Shown: piece by piece, positions 35,281 through 46,393 of the stretch
How positions within the stretch are numbered: position 1 is the stretch's first letter
Layout of the letters: each line of letters starts with the position of its first letter
IMG/VR virus record: IMGVR_UViG_3300042387_001477
DNA length: 64,000 nt
Reading direction: 5' to 3' (one strand)
DNA from: an uncultured virus (IMG/VR IMGVR_UViG_3300042387_001477)
Lineage: Duplodnaviria > Heunggongvirae > Uroviricota > Caudoviricetes
Program-made: the position numbers and the translations under genes
The notes under the pieces: generated by a model
Told to the model about the DNA's origin: nothing
The model's input: only the letters and a program-made list of their open reading frames with translations
Database searches by the model: none

Positions 35281-37596
35281 TTATTTACGACTCCTGTTTT
35301 TGGCTTTCCATGCAGTTGCATATGCAATTGACTTTTCTTTTTTGGTTAGTCCATCTTCTGCATAACCAGCTTTAATATGTTTAGCCATTCTTTTATACTT
35401 AGCGCCTGGAGGTGCTTTCTCTTCAATGTTCTCAACTTCTTCACATCTCATATCAACCTGAGGATTGATGATTACACCATCCTTTCTTTTACCCCTTACA
35501 CCAGGAGTGTTGTCAGTTCTATTTGTCTGAGTTAGATTGACGAACTTTCCAGTTGCGTCATCATCAGACTTTTTTTCGGTTAACTGCCTCCAGTCAGCGA
35601 AATGAAATCTTTCAATATCAAAAGTATTATAAAGAGTTTCTTCGATGATTTCACGAGCAGAAGGACCAGATTCTTCTACCATGAGAATTGCTTGCTCCAT
35701 GAAATAATCAAAGTGCTCTTGATCTAGAGTCTCAAAGATTTCCTGAACTTCATCATAATTAAATGCAATTTCAGATTCGATGAAGTAATGAGTTAGAAGT
35801 TCTCTCTCTTCCTTCTTCATTCTTTTAACAAAGGTTCCAACACCCCTACCTAAAGCCTGAGCTACAGTTGCTCCAGATCTTCTGGCAGCTACTGCTTGTC
35901 CTGCAGCCGCTCCAGCAGCGCCTGCAGCTTTGACTGCATTTCTACCTGTAGCCTGAGCTGTTCTACCAACTGCAACAGTAGCTTGTCTTCTTGCCCTAGT
36001 TGCTTGTGGAGATGTTTCTGCTTGTCTTCCCTTCTCCCTAACCGCATGATAAGTTGCTTGAACTTCTGCAGCACGTCTTGCTCCTACGTTTCTTAATGTT
36101 TGTACTGATTGACCAACAGATGCAATATCCTTTTCTGCCCTTGCTTTGAGTGCTCCAAGAATACCACCTTTTGCCTTTTCTTTAGTTTGTGTTGGGGTTG
36201 ATTTAGTTGCTGGCTGTGATTTCTTAGCCCTTGCAATTTTTGACTGACTCTGAAGTGCATCCTTCATTCCAGAAGATTTTGATGGCTCTCTTTCTCTTTC
36301 TGCCTTTCTTGATTTGTGTTCAGGAGTTGCACGAATAGCAGATGCTTTAGCACCACCCTTTAGTGAACCAATTGACTTGCCACTCTTGGACATTCCTGAG
36401 CCACGAACTTTAGTTCCACCAGCACCACGTCTCCATTCTACAAGAAACTCTTCAGATGAAATTTCATCTACAAAATCACAGAAATCATCAAGACCCATCT
36501 CTTCAATTAGGATATCAATGCCATATTCATTGAGTCCCTCTGCAATTAGATAGTCTGCAACGAAATCTACATCTTCCATTTTCACACAATTGTCTACACG
36601 CTTACCACCCTTCATTTTAGTGCCAGCTCTTCTATAACCTTTCCAGCAAGCTTTTCCATCAAGACCTTGCTCTTTACCTTCTTTATTTTTTGCTTCAACG
36701 GTAAACTCTTCGCCCATGTTTGGACGATTCATAACAGAACGAATTTTATTTGCCTGTTTGGTCTTACCTTTTGCTGCTAATGAAGTTGCTCTTGCTCGCA
36801 TTCTATTTGCAGGAGTAGTTGCAAGATCAGGATTTTGGTTTTTCGCAAAATATTCTGGTGGTTCACCTTGTTGAGCACCAGTTGTCGATCCCTTTGATCC
36901 ACCAGAATAAAACTTGGATCTTCTAGGATCAGGTGCTTGTTTTCCACGTCTTACATTATCCCAATATTGTGTATGTGCTTGCTGAGAAGGTGATCTTAGG
37001 CCAGATGATTTTCCAGTCTTTGGATCAACATGTCCACCATATCCTTTTACTTCATCTAACTGATCATCAGAATGTCTATTTCTCCAAAGATCCGCTACAT
37101 AATCTACAGATTCCTTTCTAGTCTTACGTGCTTTTCTAGTCTTACGTACATCATCACCTGGCTCATATGGCTTGCCATCGCCATCACTATCCCACCAAGG
37201 ATTCTCACCATTGAACTTGAGACCTTTTAGCTTTTCATCAATAATTTCAACTTCTTCCCTACGTACATTTGCATTATTACCTCTTGCATTTAGCTTAGCC
37301 TGAATGCGCTTCTTCATTTCTGGCAGAGAAGGAACATTATAAAGTGCTAGAGTTGGAGCACTAAAAGTAGTTCCATTGGTGTACACTGATGTACCCATGT
37401 AATCTCTAACCTTTTTATCTTCAAGAAGAGTTAAAGCATACTCAAGAGTTTGATCAATTAGATTTTCTTTTAGATACTCCTCTTGAGATTCCACATCACC
37501 TGGAAAATATGATTGAACAGTTTCAACCATCTTTGTAGCCTTATACATCATGTCAGGAGTTAGTGACATGAACTGTGAGACAATAGATAAATCCAT
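35281..37596 (-). CDS. Large modular protein with alternating acidic and basic blocks; candidate processed internal head protein
   Basis: CWKGY..GTKMKGGKRVDNCVK, VADYLIAEGL, EKAPPG..IAYATAWK modules separated by xxE boundaries. Confidence 0.65.
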   Translation of the reverse strand: MDLSIVSQFMSLTPDMMYKATKMVETVQSYFPGDVESQEEYLKENLIDQTLEYALTLLEDKKVRDYMGTSVYTNGTTFSAPTLALYNVPSLPEMKKRIQAKLNARGNNANVRREEVEIIDEKLKGLKFNGENPWWDSDGDGKPYEPGDDVRKTRKARKTRKESVDYVADLWRNRHSDDQLDEVKGYGGHVDPKTGKSSGLRSPSQQAHTQYWDNVRRGKQAPDPRRSKFYSGGSKGSTTGAQQGEPPEYFAKNQNPDLATTPANRMRARATSLAAKGKTKQANKIRSVMNRPNMGEEFTVEAKNKEGKEQGLDGKACWKGYRRAGTKMKGGKRVDNCVKMEDVDFVADYLIAEGLNEYGIDILIEEMGLDDFCDFVDEISSEEFLVEWRRGAGGTKVRGSGMSKSGKSIGSLKGGAKASAIRATPEHKSRKAEREREPSKSSGMKDALQSQSKIARAKKSQPATKSTPTQTKEKAKGGILGALKARAEKDIASVGQSVQTLRNVGARRAAEVQATYHAVREKGRQAETSPQATRARRQATVAVGRTAQATGRNAVKAAGAAGAAAGQAVAARRSGATVAQALGRGVGTFVKRMKKEERELLTHYFIESEIAFNYDEVQEIFETLDQEHFDYFMEQAILMVEESGPSAREIIEETLYNTFDIERFHFADWRQLTEKKSDDDATGKFVNLTQTNRTDNTPGVRGKRKDGVIINPQVDMRCEEVENIEEKAPPGAKYKRMAKHIKAGYAEDGLTKKEKSIAYATAWKAKNRSRK

Positions 37597-37627
37597 ATTC
37601 TGTACGTTATTGAAGTTCTATTTATTA

Positions 37628-38821
37628 TTATTTATCTTTTCGCTTACCTTTAGTAAATGACTTAACTGGCTCGGTAGGATGCATTCGTTGTAGATATTCT
37701 CTGTAATCATCAGTTCCAATTTCAAGTGGACCTGGATGATAGCTTAGATCTTTAATCCATGTACGGTGAATTTTCTTTTGCTCATCTACAAAGATTACAT
37801 AGTTAGATCCTCTGGTAACAATCTTTCCAGATATGCCAGTAACTGAATCTATTACATGCTCACCGAGATTGTAAATATTACCTTGATAGTATTCTTCACG
37901 AAGATTGCTACTATCTAGATTTGGAGCGATCATCCAAAGTTCTTCCTTCAAACTCATAGACTTACGAACTTGACTATAGATTGCACGGCATTCCTTTTTA
38001 CTTACATTGCCGGGAAGACCTTGCTTGAATGTCTCGTAATCATTTTCAAGTGCTGACTTACGCATCATAGAACTTGTAATGCCTTCAGATTTATCATTAT
38101 CTGGATCTGGCATTCCAGCACCAACAACTTCTACTCCATAGAAATCGTAAACTGTACCATTATATTTTTGTGCAATCTTTTCATACTTTTGAACATTTTC
38201 GTCACCGCACATAATGACTACATGGTGATATCCTTCATCATGCAGTGAAGTCAGAATGTCGTAAATATTATCTCCATTTTCGGGATCATTGATAATATTC
38301 TCTGCATGATCGGTGAATACATGCTGGAGAATATTATACTTGGTTTTGAAGTCTAACGGATTCTGCTTTTTATCTGATGTTCTACTTGGATAAATTCTAT
38401 ACTCTGCTTCCAGTTCTTCTGCCTGTTCCTGAACCGCATTGATGAGGTTTTCATGCCCAATTGAAGGGGGATTAAATCTTCCAAAAGTAATAACCACTGC
38501 AGGACCATCACCAGGCTCAAGTTGCTCTGGAGGTTGTTCTGCAGTGGTTTCTGGTGATTGTGACTGGGGTTGTGGTGGTTGAGACATGTTTTGCATGTCT
38601 GCAACAGAAGATGGTCCCATAAGAGGTTTACCATCTTTTAACTTCTTCTTATCTTCCTTTGAAATAGGTACTAGCTTCTGTCCACCCTTTTCACTCTTGG
38701 CTACAACGTTTCCCTTAGCGTCAGTGTAATATCCTTTTCCTGCATGGGCAAGACCTTTTTTCTCCGCTTCCTTTCCCGCAGGAGTTCGTGCTTCTGTTAT
38801 AAATTGCCTAAAAGTTTTCAT
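37628..38821 (-). CDS. Cytidylyltransferase-like (HxGH family) nucleotidyltransferase
   Basis: TFGRFNPPSIGH, NPL, TSSMMR; N-terminus MKTFRQFITEA. Confidence 0.8.
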   Translation of the reverse strand: MKTFRQFITEARTPAGKEAEKKGLAHAGKGYYTDAKGNVVAKSEKGGQKLVPISKEDKKKLKDGKPLMGPSSVADMQNMSQPPQPQSQSPETTAEQPPEQLEPGDGPAVVITFGRFNPPSIGHENLINAVQEQAEELEAEYRIYPSRTSDKKQNPLDFKTKYNILQHVFTDHAENIINDPENGDNIYDILTSLHDEGYHHVVIMCGDENVQKYEKIAQKYNGTVYDFYGVEVVGAGMPDPDNDKSEGITSSMMRKSALENDYETFKQGLPGNVSKKECRAIYSQVRKSMSLKEELWMIAPNLDSSNLREEYYQGNIYNLGEHVIDSVTGISGKIVTRGSNYVIFVDEQKKIHRTWIKDLSYHPGPLEIGTDDYREYLQRMHPTEPVKSFTKGKRKDK

Positions 38822-38853
38822 CAAAAACAAAAGTTCTACATCTATTATTTAGG

Positions 38854-39267
38854 TTAAAACTTAGTTCTTACAATGGATTTAGCGGTGGTCAAATACTTTG
38901 CTAGTCTATAAATCTCTTCAAAGTTTTGCTGATACAATTTGAAGAAGTCCAATCCATACTTTGCATTTTTATTATTGCGAGTAGCTTTGGAATAATACTC
39001 TTCAAATGTATCTAAATTTCCTGGCGTTTGTATAAATGATTTGAATATTACAAACAAATAAAACGTCTGATTCTTGAAAATAAAATTTAGAAACGCAGAG
39101 TTTTTCTTGATTGAATTCTCTGCGTTTCTAAGAGCAATCATGAACATCTTATGCTGAGAAACTGTGAAGTTAAATGACTGCCCAATAGATCGTAGTTTTT
39201 CTACATCAGACAAAATCATTGTAGAGTTCTTGCCAAATACATCTTTTAGGCAATCATTATTGTTCAT
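38854..39267 (-). CDS. Hypothetical protein
   Basis: 137-aa ORF coupled to the mazG stop. Confidence 0.55.
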   Translation of the reverse strand: MNNNDCLKDVFGKNSTMILSDVEKLRSIGQSFNFTVSQHKMFMIALRNAENSIKKNSAFLNFIFKNQTFYLFVIFKSFIQTPGNLDTFEEYYSKATRNNKNAKYGLDFFKLYQQNFEEIYRLAKYLTTAKSIVRTKF

Positions 39268-39707
39268 CAGATGTCTCCTTCTTTACGGTTTTCGGAATGG
39301 AATACTCGGAATGCTCCTTCAGGATAACGAGCAGTTAGTTTTTCTACATTAGTTTCTAAGACTTCTTCAATATTAGTACCTAGAGCAATACAACCTTGAG
39401 CAATATACCACATCACGTCTCCCATCTCTTTAATCATATGTGTACGAGATTGTTCGTTATATGGCTTACCTTGGAATGCAATCTTCTTTGCAATTTCTGC
39501 AAACTCACCACCTTCAGCAGTAAGACCAATTGCAGCAGTGAGAAGTCGGTTCAAGTCAACGCCAACACCATTTACGTGGTCTTCAGGCACCTTGCGTTCC
39601 AGTTCAGTTACCCGATTAACAAATTCTTCTGGATTGCTAGATGCAATACTAGTAGTATCGCCAACAAAATTTTGGTATGCGTCGAGACTAATTAGTTTTT
39701 TTGTCAT
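39267..39707 (-). CDS. mazG: MazG-like nucleotide pyrophosphohydrolase
   Basis: GLTAEGGEFAEIAKK, KEMGDVMWY, NVEKLTARYP. Confidence 0.9.
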   Translation of the reverse strand: MTKKLISLDAYQNFVGDTTSIASSNPEEFVNRVTELERKVPEDHVNGVGVDLNRLLTAAIGLTAEGGEFAEIAKKIAFQGKPYNEQSRTHMIKEMGDVMWYIAQGCIALGTNIEEVLETNVEKLTARYPEGAFRVFHSENRKEGDI

Positions 39708-41086
39708 ACTTTAAAACCTTCAAATGATCGTTGTGATTTAGTAAATTTAGATTCGTACTCATCTTCAGTTGGCTGACCACTTTGGATCAGGGTTCGCTGA
39801 GCACTGTCCTCCACATTATACAGCTTCATCTTCGCCCTGTCAATACCCACCACGAATCTCTTGAAGGCAGTGGGGTCATTGTAACGATTCTTCAACTGCT
39901 TGACCATGATCTGATTTAGATTCTCAAGCTCTTCGGTGCTGATAAGAGCAAACATAAAATCAGCAGTAGCGGGAAGACCAAATGATTCAGATGTATCAGT
40001 AAGCTCAACGTCAGAGTTACCATAACCTGATCGAGTAGTTTGAGTGGCAGATACAATCGGAACATTGCATTCTACCGCAAGTCCACGTAACTCCTCAGCA
40101 ATAGCTTTGACGTAAGTGTAGGAGTTTACAATAGTTCCTTTGTATCGTGAAGAAGCACAGATATTTAGATAGTCAATGAAAATCATATCTGGCTTGAATC
40201 CTTTCTTTAAAGCTAGATCAGTTAGCAATGCTTTGAAATGTCCCACATGTGCGGAAGCAGTAGGATATTCCTTGATGATTAATTTACCTCTAGTCTTTTC
40301 TGATATCTTTGCTAGTTTAGATTCATATGTAGCTTTAGGTAGATTGGTGATGTCTTGAATATTTACATTCAAGAGATTCGCATCAATTCGTTCAGCAATC
40401 CTTTCCTCTGCCATTTCAAGTGTAATGTAGAGAACATTGCGCCCCTGCAAGAGGATGGAGCTAGCCATGTGGCACATGAATAAACTTTTGCCGACACCCG
40501 TACCAGCAAGAGCGACATTGAGAGTCTTGTTAGGGAGGCCACCTTTTGTAATTTTGTTGAATAGCTCAAGGTCGAATGGAATTTTGTCTTCTTTTTTGTG
40601 ATAGAAATCATATCGGGATTGTGAATCTGAAATGTAGTCGTGACCAATGTGGTCATCAAATGAAACTGCAAGTGCATCGGAAAGGATAGAAGGGATTGAA
40701 TCCTTGCTTCTAGTCTTGTCCTTTCCGTCTGCAATTTTAACTGAGTCTAGTAGAGCCAAATAAATGGCTCTGTCCTTACACCACTTTTCAGTGGTATCTA
40801 ATAGCCATTGATCATCGAATTTTTCTTCCTTCAAATCATTTACTAAATTGACTGAAGTTTGAAAAGCATCATCCGAAATATCTTTTCTATTCTCAATCTC
40901 AATCTTCAATACTGACTGAGATGGAATATCATCATATTTCATAACATACTTCTGAATCTCCTGGAATACAACTTTTTCTGGAAGGAGTTCAAAATATGTT
41001 TCTTTAATGAAGGGAATTACTTTTCGTGTGTATGTTTCATCATAAATTAAATTTGAAAGAATTTTAGATTCAATTCGATCCATCAA
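39704..41086 (-). CDS. gp41: Replicative DNA helicase gp41
   Basis: [45 protein letters not shown]. Confidence 0.96.
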   Translation of the reverse strand: MMDRIESKILSNLIYDETYTRKVIPFIKETYFELLPEKVVFQEIQKYVMKYDDIPSQSVLKIEIENRKDISDDAFQTSVNLVNDLKEEKFDDQWLLDTTEKWCKDRAIYLALLDSVKIADGKDKTRSKDSIPSILSDALAVSFDDHIGHDYISDSQSRYDFYHKKEDKIPFDLELFNKITKGGLPNKTLNVALAGTGVGKSLFMCHMASSILLQGRNVLYITLEMAEERIAERIDANLLNVNIQDITNLPKATYESKLAKISEKTRGKLIIKEYPTASAHVGHFKALLTDLALKKGFKPDMIFIDYLNICASSRYKGTIVNSYTYVKAIAEELRGLAVECNVPIVSATQTTRSGYGNSDVELTDTSESFGLPATADFMFALISTEELENLNQIMVKQLKNRYNDPTAFKRFVVGIDRAKMKLYNVEDSAQRTLIQSGQPTEDEYESKFTKSQRSFEGFKV

Positions 41087-42123
41087 GCATCATCTCCATC
41101 AAGGGTGTCCACTGTACCATAACTATACTCCTTCTTGGCACATTCGTCAAGTGCTTCCATCACTTCGGGAGTGAAGAATTTCTCAGGCTCTGAAAGAATA
41201 GCCTTAGCATAAAACTTGCCCCCATTAATTTCATAACGACCCCCAGACTTAATGAAGATTCCGTACTTCTCACCCAGTTCCAGTAATCCATAGTATTTGT
41301 CAAGTCCACGCTCATCATAGAACAACCTCGTTTCGATTAGTGAATTTTCCTTTGTGAACCTAGACTTGAATGCTTTACATTTGATGATGTTTCCTACTAC
41401 TTCAGTTCCATCTTTCTCCTTTGATTTAGAAAGGTAAACGATGGTTGAAGCAGCATATTTAAGACCAGATCCACCACCCATTTCTTTGGTTGGCATGTAT
41501 GATCCAATCACATCATAGGTGTGGTTGGTCACGATCATCGGAATGCCCGCTGTGCCAAGCTTCAGAGACAGGATACGGAACACAGACTTGATGACCTGCG
41601 AACGGGTCATATCACGGGTCTCCTTGCCCGCAGAGGCGTCCTCAATCTCCTTGGTGGTGGCAAGCATTCCAAGAGAGTCTAGCACAAACATGAGGGGTGG
41701 GCGCTCATCCTTCTTAAGTTTCATGTACTCATCAACTACTTTGATTGACTGAGTACGAAACTCCTGCACAGTAGATACTGGGACTAGACCAACTCGCTTG
41801 GCATCAATGCCACGACTAGTCATCATATCTTTTGTGATAGCAGACTCAGTTTCAAAGTAAATTACTTCTCCATTAGGATTTTGTTGAAGGAAGTATTTAA
41901 CGATTGACAGAGCAAAGAAAGTTTTTCCAGTAGATGACTCACCAGCGAGAGCTGTAATCTTGTTGTTAGGTAGCCCCCCAAAAATACTACCACTAAGGAG
42001 AGCATTAAAGATATAGCTCCCAGTGTCAACAAAGCCACCGCAATCTCCTGCGGCGACTCCATCTTCGACGATTCCTGCATACTCATTGTCCAGTTCTTTA
42101 ATTACACTATTTAAGAAACTCAT
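41083..42123 (-). CDS. uvsX: RecA-like recombinase
   Basis: [28 protein letters not shown]. Confidence 0.95.
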   Translation of the reverse strand: MSFLNSVIKELDNEYAGIVEDGVAAGDCGGFVDTGSYIFNALLSGSIFGGLPNNKITALAGESSTGKTFFALSIVKYFLQQNPNGEVIYFETESAITKDMMTSRGIDAKRVGLVPVSTVQEFRTQSIKVVDEYMKLKKDERPPLMFVLDSLGMLATTKEIEDASAGKETRDMTRSQVIKSVFRILSLKLGTAGIPMIVTNHTYDVIGSYMPTKEMGGGSGLKYAASTIVYLSKSKEKDGTEVVGNIIKCKAFKSRFTKENSLIETRLFYDERGLDKYYGLLELGEKYGIFIKSGGRYEINGGKFYAKAILSEPEKFFTPEVMEALDECAKKEYSYGTVDTLDGDDA

Positions 42124-42139
42124 AATTACCTCATTAATT

Positions 42140-44632
42140 TTATAGGAATGCTTCTAGTGTACCACGTCTTTCGGATACCCATCCGATCGAATTTAACACA
42201 GAGTTTAGTGGTTCAAGGAAGCTCTTGGAGAATTGCATATTGTAATCAATATACTTTTCTAGGTTAAACTCTGATGGAAGTGTTTGAAAATATGAAATTA
42301 CATTTTCTTGAATGGGGTTAGGAACTTTCAAGTATACAAACTTAACCTTTTCCCCTTCCTGGATATATGGATATTTGTTATTCAGTTTTTTAGTTTTTAC
42401 CAGATGGTTGTACAGAATAGCACCCCGTACTTGGATTGGAGTTTTCTCTGCATATAAAGTAGAAGATCCCTTATACTTATGAAGATTGTTCAGGCTTCTT
42501 GGAAATGAAATGTCTACAACATCTTGTTTCCTCGTATCAGTTTTAACCTGATTAATGAAATTGATCAATGTATCATTATCTTTGGTTAGAATAATTTGAA
42601 ATGCTTTGAACAACTTGTCCCTAAAATATGATGGTGTAGATGATCTGGCAGTTTCCAATCCCATGATTTTCATCTTGGGACTTTCATATCGTACACCTTC
42701 TGAATCCCAGACGTTGAGCATGTAACGTTTCTTCGCAGTCCAAATTCCTTTGTCTGCAATGTTCTCTCGTTTCATCTTCATCTTCTGGTCATACGCATTC
42801 ACATACGTTGCCAGTTCTTGGTAGCAACTTTCAATATAAGGTTCAAGTTCCACTTTACAGATCTTATCAAGGAACCCGACAATTTTCTCAGGAGCTTCCT
42901 CTCTTCCCTTGTATATAGTTTGAACCAAAGGACCCAGATTAAGATAAATGGAATCGGTATCAGAAGCAATAACATAATCCTCCCCATCTGTTTTCAACAG
43001 TTTATTTAGATATGCATTCATTTTGTTCTCAATCCAGCGGATTGAAACTTGACCAGATAGGGTGATTGCTTCTGCATTAGTAATTAGAAAATACCTGAAG
43101 TATTCATTTCCAATCGCACCATAAGCAGAGTTTAGTGCAATCTTACGTGCCATCTGATTGTTTTCATATCGTGCGATATCTTTCAGATGCTTCTTATCTT
43201 TAGTTTCTTCATAAAGCTTTTTAGATTCAAGCATCTTTTTCTTGAAGATAACTCGGTCATCATACATCTTCTGCATAAGCTTTGGAAGAAACCCCATCTC
43301 ATGGGTATCATACATTGCACCATTTGCACAGACCGATGCACACTCTAGTGAACTTGTATCTACTGATTTCTGTAGGATTTTATCTACTGTTATACCAGGG
43401 AATCGTTCAGTCAATAATGTTTCAGGAGAAATATTGTACTGCATGATCAAGTGTGGATATAGTGAGTTCAAGTCAAAACTCACCACCCAATCATGCTTAC
43501 CGATTATGGGATCCTTTACATAAGCTCCTTCATATGCATAATCTTTCTTCTGGCTAATCTTTGGGGGAACTACAATGTGACCCTTCTTCAAATAATTGAA
43601 GATAATATTGTCCCAAGTTTTTACCTGAGAATATACATCTTCAAAATTCTCTTTTGCGTCATATGCCATCGTAATAGCAAGTTCAATCAGCTTCATCTTG
43701 TCATCGAGACGATCGACAAGTTCTACGTCACGAATGTTGTAATCAATAAACTTCTGCCAGTCCCTGGTATAAAATTCTTTGAAGTTTTCAAACTCAGAGT
43801 GATCGAGCTTTTGTTCTCCTAGTTCTACTTGGGCGATGTAATCTAGTCGGTAGGATTCTCTGTTTGTATAAGTAAACTTCTTGTACAGATCCAGATAGTC
43901 CAGTACAGATAGTCCTGCAATCTCATAAATGATATGAGCCCTACCCATGATCACAACTTCCCTGTTGGTGGCAACTGTCCAGGGGGAAATCGACTTCATG
44001 TGTTTGGTGGACAGTACCTTCTCCAACCTTCTCATAATGTATGGGATGTCATACAAAGTCACGTTCCACCCAGTAACCACATCAGGAGTATTTTGAACCC
44101 ACCATTCAAGAAAGTTTGAAAGCATTTCTTGCTCGGTCCAAAATACTCGATATTCTACATCTAAGCGAGTGTTTTCATATTCACGGACACCCCACACAAT
44201 GATTTGTTTAGTATTGATATCCTTTACAGTAATGCAGAGCATTTCTTCTGCAGCTGCCTCTACATTCGGGAACCCGTTTTCACAAGCCACCTCAATGTCT
44301 AGAGATACAATGTGCATAGAAGAGATATCAAATTTGATCTCGTCCTCTGGAAATTGATCTGCTATGTATTGATACAAAAACCTTTCATATCCATACACTG
44401 TAAAGTTGTCTACACCATCGTACTTTTTTAGAAAGTCTTTTGCTTCGTTAGTCCTAGTAAATTCAATAGGACTAACATAATCACCAGTAAGGGTTTTATA
44501 CTTAGTAGGTTTTGGCGAGGGCACAAACAATGTGGGAGAAAAGGTATCTTGGAAGATTTCCTTGACTCCGTTGTTGTACCCACGATAGTGGACTACATCA
44601 CGAATTAGTTGTACATTGGTGTAAAACCTCAT
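42140..44632 (-). CDS. gp43: Family B DNA polymerase gp43
   Basis: DIEV exonuclease motif, [27 protein letters not shown]. Confidence 0.97.
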   Translation of the reverse strand: MRFYTNVQLIRDVVHYRGYNNGVKEIFQDTFSPTLFVPSPKPTKYKTLTGDYVSPIEFTRTNEAKDFLKKYDGVDNFTVYGYERFLYQYIADQFPEDEIKFDISSMHIVSLDIEVACENGFPNVEAAAEEMLCITVKDINTKQIIVWGVREYENTRLDVEYRVFWTEQEMLSNFLEWWVQNTPDVVTGWNVTLYDIPYIMRRLEKVLSTKHMKSISPWTVATNREVVIMGRAHIIYEIAGLSVLDYLDLYKKFTYTNRESYRLDYIAQVELGEQKLDHSEFENFKEFYTRDWQKFIDYNIRDVELVDRLDDKMKLIELAITMAYDAKENFEDVYSQVKTWDNIIFNYLKKGHIVVPPKISQKKDYAYEGAYVKDPIIGKHDWVVSFDLNSLYPHLIMQYNISPETLLTERFPGITVDKILQKSVDTSSLECASVCANGAMYDTHEMGFLPKLMQKMYDDRVIFKKKMLESKKLYEETKDKKHLKDIARYENNQMARKIALNSAYGAIGNEYFRYFLITNAEAITLSGQVSIRWIENKMNAYLNKLLKTDGEDYVIASDTDSIYLNLGPLVQTIYKGREEAPEKIVGFLDKICKVELEPYIESCYQELATYVNAYDQKMKMKRENIADKGIWTAKKRYMLNVWDSEGVRYESPKMKIMGLETARSSTPSYFRDKLFKAFQIILTKDNDTLINFINQVKTDTRKQDVVDISFPRSLNNLHKYKGSSTLYAEKTPIQVRGAILYNHLVKTKKLNNKYPYIQEGEKVKFVYLKVPNPIQENVISYFQTLPSEFNLEKYIDYNMQFSKSFLEPLNSVLNSIGWVSERRGTLEAFL

Positions 44633-44994
44633 TTAGCAATCAGTTGAGTGTATAGGGTTAGAATTTCTGGACAGGGTTCTACTATGGTCATGATTTTATC
44701 TGAATTGAGAAGAATATCTACGTCTTCTGTAAATAGAGGATACCTAACCAGTTGAGCATAATCAGTTTGAATAGTTGTAATTTCCTTTTCGTCTTTGATA
44801 TTTTTTTCTTCCGTGGTCCGTAAAAATACTGCATTATCTGGAGGGAAATGTTTATCCTTATCATTGTAATCCCAATAAGTCAGGTCTAGAACTCGATATG
44901 GATTTTTCATGTATAGAGAAGGTTCTTCGTCTAGCTCCTCATATTCACAGATAATATAATCATTGTTGATAAGTTGAATCAGTTTAATATTCAT
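44629..44994 (-). CDS. Hypothetical protein (Sm-like fold candidate)
   Basis: IKLIQLINNDYII..NPY..DKIMTIVEP...Y; start moved to MNIKL. Confidence 0.55.
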   Translation of the reverse strand: MNIKLIQLINNDYIICEYEELDEEPSLYMKNPYRVLDLTYWDYNDKDKHFPPDNAVFLRTTEEKNIKDEKEITTIQTDYAQLVRYPLFTEDVDILLNSDKIMTIVEPCPEILTLYTQLIAK

Positions 44995-45125
44995 GGCAGG
45001 GTCCATGGGAACAACTCTATGTAGTATAGCATACCCAGGAGCCCATGTCAAGAAAAAAGACCCGATCCCTGAAAGTTGCCAGGGTGGGTCTGTGCCGACG
45101 ATATTTGGGGATTTCCCAACTCTAT

Positions 45126-45590
45126 TTATTCTGTCAAGAGAGCTTTTTCAGTCTTGACTCCTGGAATATCCCAGGTTGTTTTCTTTTGATGATCGGGAAT
45201 AATTTTTTCAATGTCTACAGATAATAGTCCATGTTCAAAATTCACAGAGGATACTCTATGTTCATCGGAGAGTTGAATCTTACGGGTGAAGGAACGTTTT
45301 GATAGACCTTGGTGTACATACTGTCTTGTAGTATCTCGTTCCTCAACTTTGCTGGCAATTGTGAGAATGTTTTGTTCTGTAAAGACTTCAATCTCTTCTG
45401 GTTTAAATCCTGCAAGAGCGACTTCAACTGTGTAGTTACTGTTGTCATGTTTGACGATGTTGTAGGGAGGATAGTTTACGTTTACCGAATTTTGCATTGA
45501 ATCTAATCGGTTAAACATTTCATCCAGACCTACAGCAAGTGGAGCGTATTCGGTCCAAAATGTGTCTAGTGATTGAGTAGTGAATCTCAT
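45126..45590 (-). CDS. hsp20: Small heat shock protein Hsp20
   Basis: NYPPYNI, EVALAGF, HQGLSKRSFTR, GLLSVDIEKIIP. Confidence 0.95.
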   Translation of the reverse strand: MRFTTQSLDTFWTEYAPLAVGLDEMFNRLDSMQNSVNVNYPPYNIVKHDNSNYTVEVALAGFKPEEIEVFTEQNILTIASKVEERDTTRQYVHQGLSKRSFTRKIQLSDEHRVSSVNFEHGLLSVDIEKIIPDHQKKTTWDIPGVKTEKALLTE

Positions 45591-45727
45591 TGTTATTAAT
45601 CTCCTTGGTAAGCGAGAGTTATTTCTAGAGACCCCGAAGGCATCTCTTCACAATTATATATATAATTATCGTCGAATGTCCAGTTCGGATTTCCGAAAAT
45701 AAATACAGTATAATCAGTGTACATATT

Positions 45728-46048
45728 ATGCTCTCTACAAATTATCGACTCAAACTAGAAGCAATTTGCAATAACATCGTGGATGGGAACGAAGTTTCAT
45801 TGCAAGATATTATTTGGGCAGAGAAATTGGCACAAGCAAACAGAACTGCAGGAACTATGCTCCGCCAGGCAAGACGTAGAGCAGAAAACCCAGACATGCA
45901 AGAAGGTGATCTAGATGATTTCTTAAATCAACTTGATATTGGTGGATTTGGAAATGAACGAAAAGGAATCAGTAGATTTGATACCGTAGATGATATTGTA
46001 GATTTTTTCACCGAAGATAAACCAGAAGACTGGAGACAACGAGATTAA
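45728..46048 (+). CDS. Conserved hypothetical cyanophage protein
   Basis: MLSTNYRLKLE.IC..IWAEKLA..LRQARR..DWRQRD; TAAATA upstream. Confidence 0.7.
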   Translation: MLSTNYRLKLEAICNNIVDGNEVSLQDIIWAEKLAQANRTAGTMLRQARRRAENPDMQEGDLDDFLNQLDIGGFGNERKGISRFDTVDDIVDFFTEDKPEDWRQRD

Positions 46049-46089
46049 AACAGTATCAAATGTTACAATTATACTTGCATATATAATAA

Positions 46090-46188
46090 TACGTTCATTC
46101 GCTATTCGCAAATAGCGAACGGAAGTAAGCCGACTCGGAACGGATCGTTCATCCTCATAGAGGACGCAAAAGCCGACTGAAGGAACGC
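46090..46188 (+). promoter_or_regulatory. Tandem glutamine riboswitch (glnA-motif-type aptamers)
   Basis: Two units CGTTCA-[hairpin]-CG(G/C)AA..AGCCGACT..GGAACG with a CGTT/AACG closing stem, upstream of a DUF4278-like ORF. Confidence 0.8.
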
Positions 46189-46218
46189 TCTTTAGCCTAA
46201 AAATTAAGGAGAAACCTA

Positions 46219-46365
46219 ATGTCACAAGCAACTTATCGTGGTGCCAAATACGACACCGATACACGCCAAAATCAAATTGCTTCTAACTGGCTAGCAGTAA
46301 TTCGCAGTCAGATTGAAAAAGAAAATAAACTGAAAGAAGCACAACTTGTAATGGCAATGAAATAA
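46219..46365 (+). CDS. DUF4278-like small protein
   Basis: MSQATYRGAKYDTDTRQNQIASNWLAVIRSQIEKENKLKEAQLVMAMK*; AAGGAG Shine-Dalgarno; TYRG motif. Confidence 0.8.
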   Translation: MSQATYRGAKYDTDTRQNQIASNWLAVIRSQIEKENKLKEAQLVMAMK

Positions 46366-46390
46366 AAAAAAGGGGCTTAAAGCCCCCTTT
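46364..46390. terminator. Bidirectional intrinsic terminator
   Basis: aaaaaaaggggctt-aa-aagcccccttt between convergent genes. Confidence 0.75.
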
Positions 46391-46393
46391 CTA

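Noticed and set aside
16692..44632. Introns or inteins in psbA, nrdA, nrdB, gp41, gp43
   Set aside because: All are continuous and of normal length.
45923..46264. 113-aa minus-strand ORF
   Set aside because: Overlaps the riboswitch and two better-supported plus-strand genes; no recognisable motifs.
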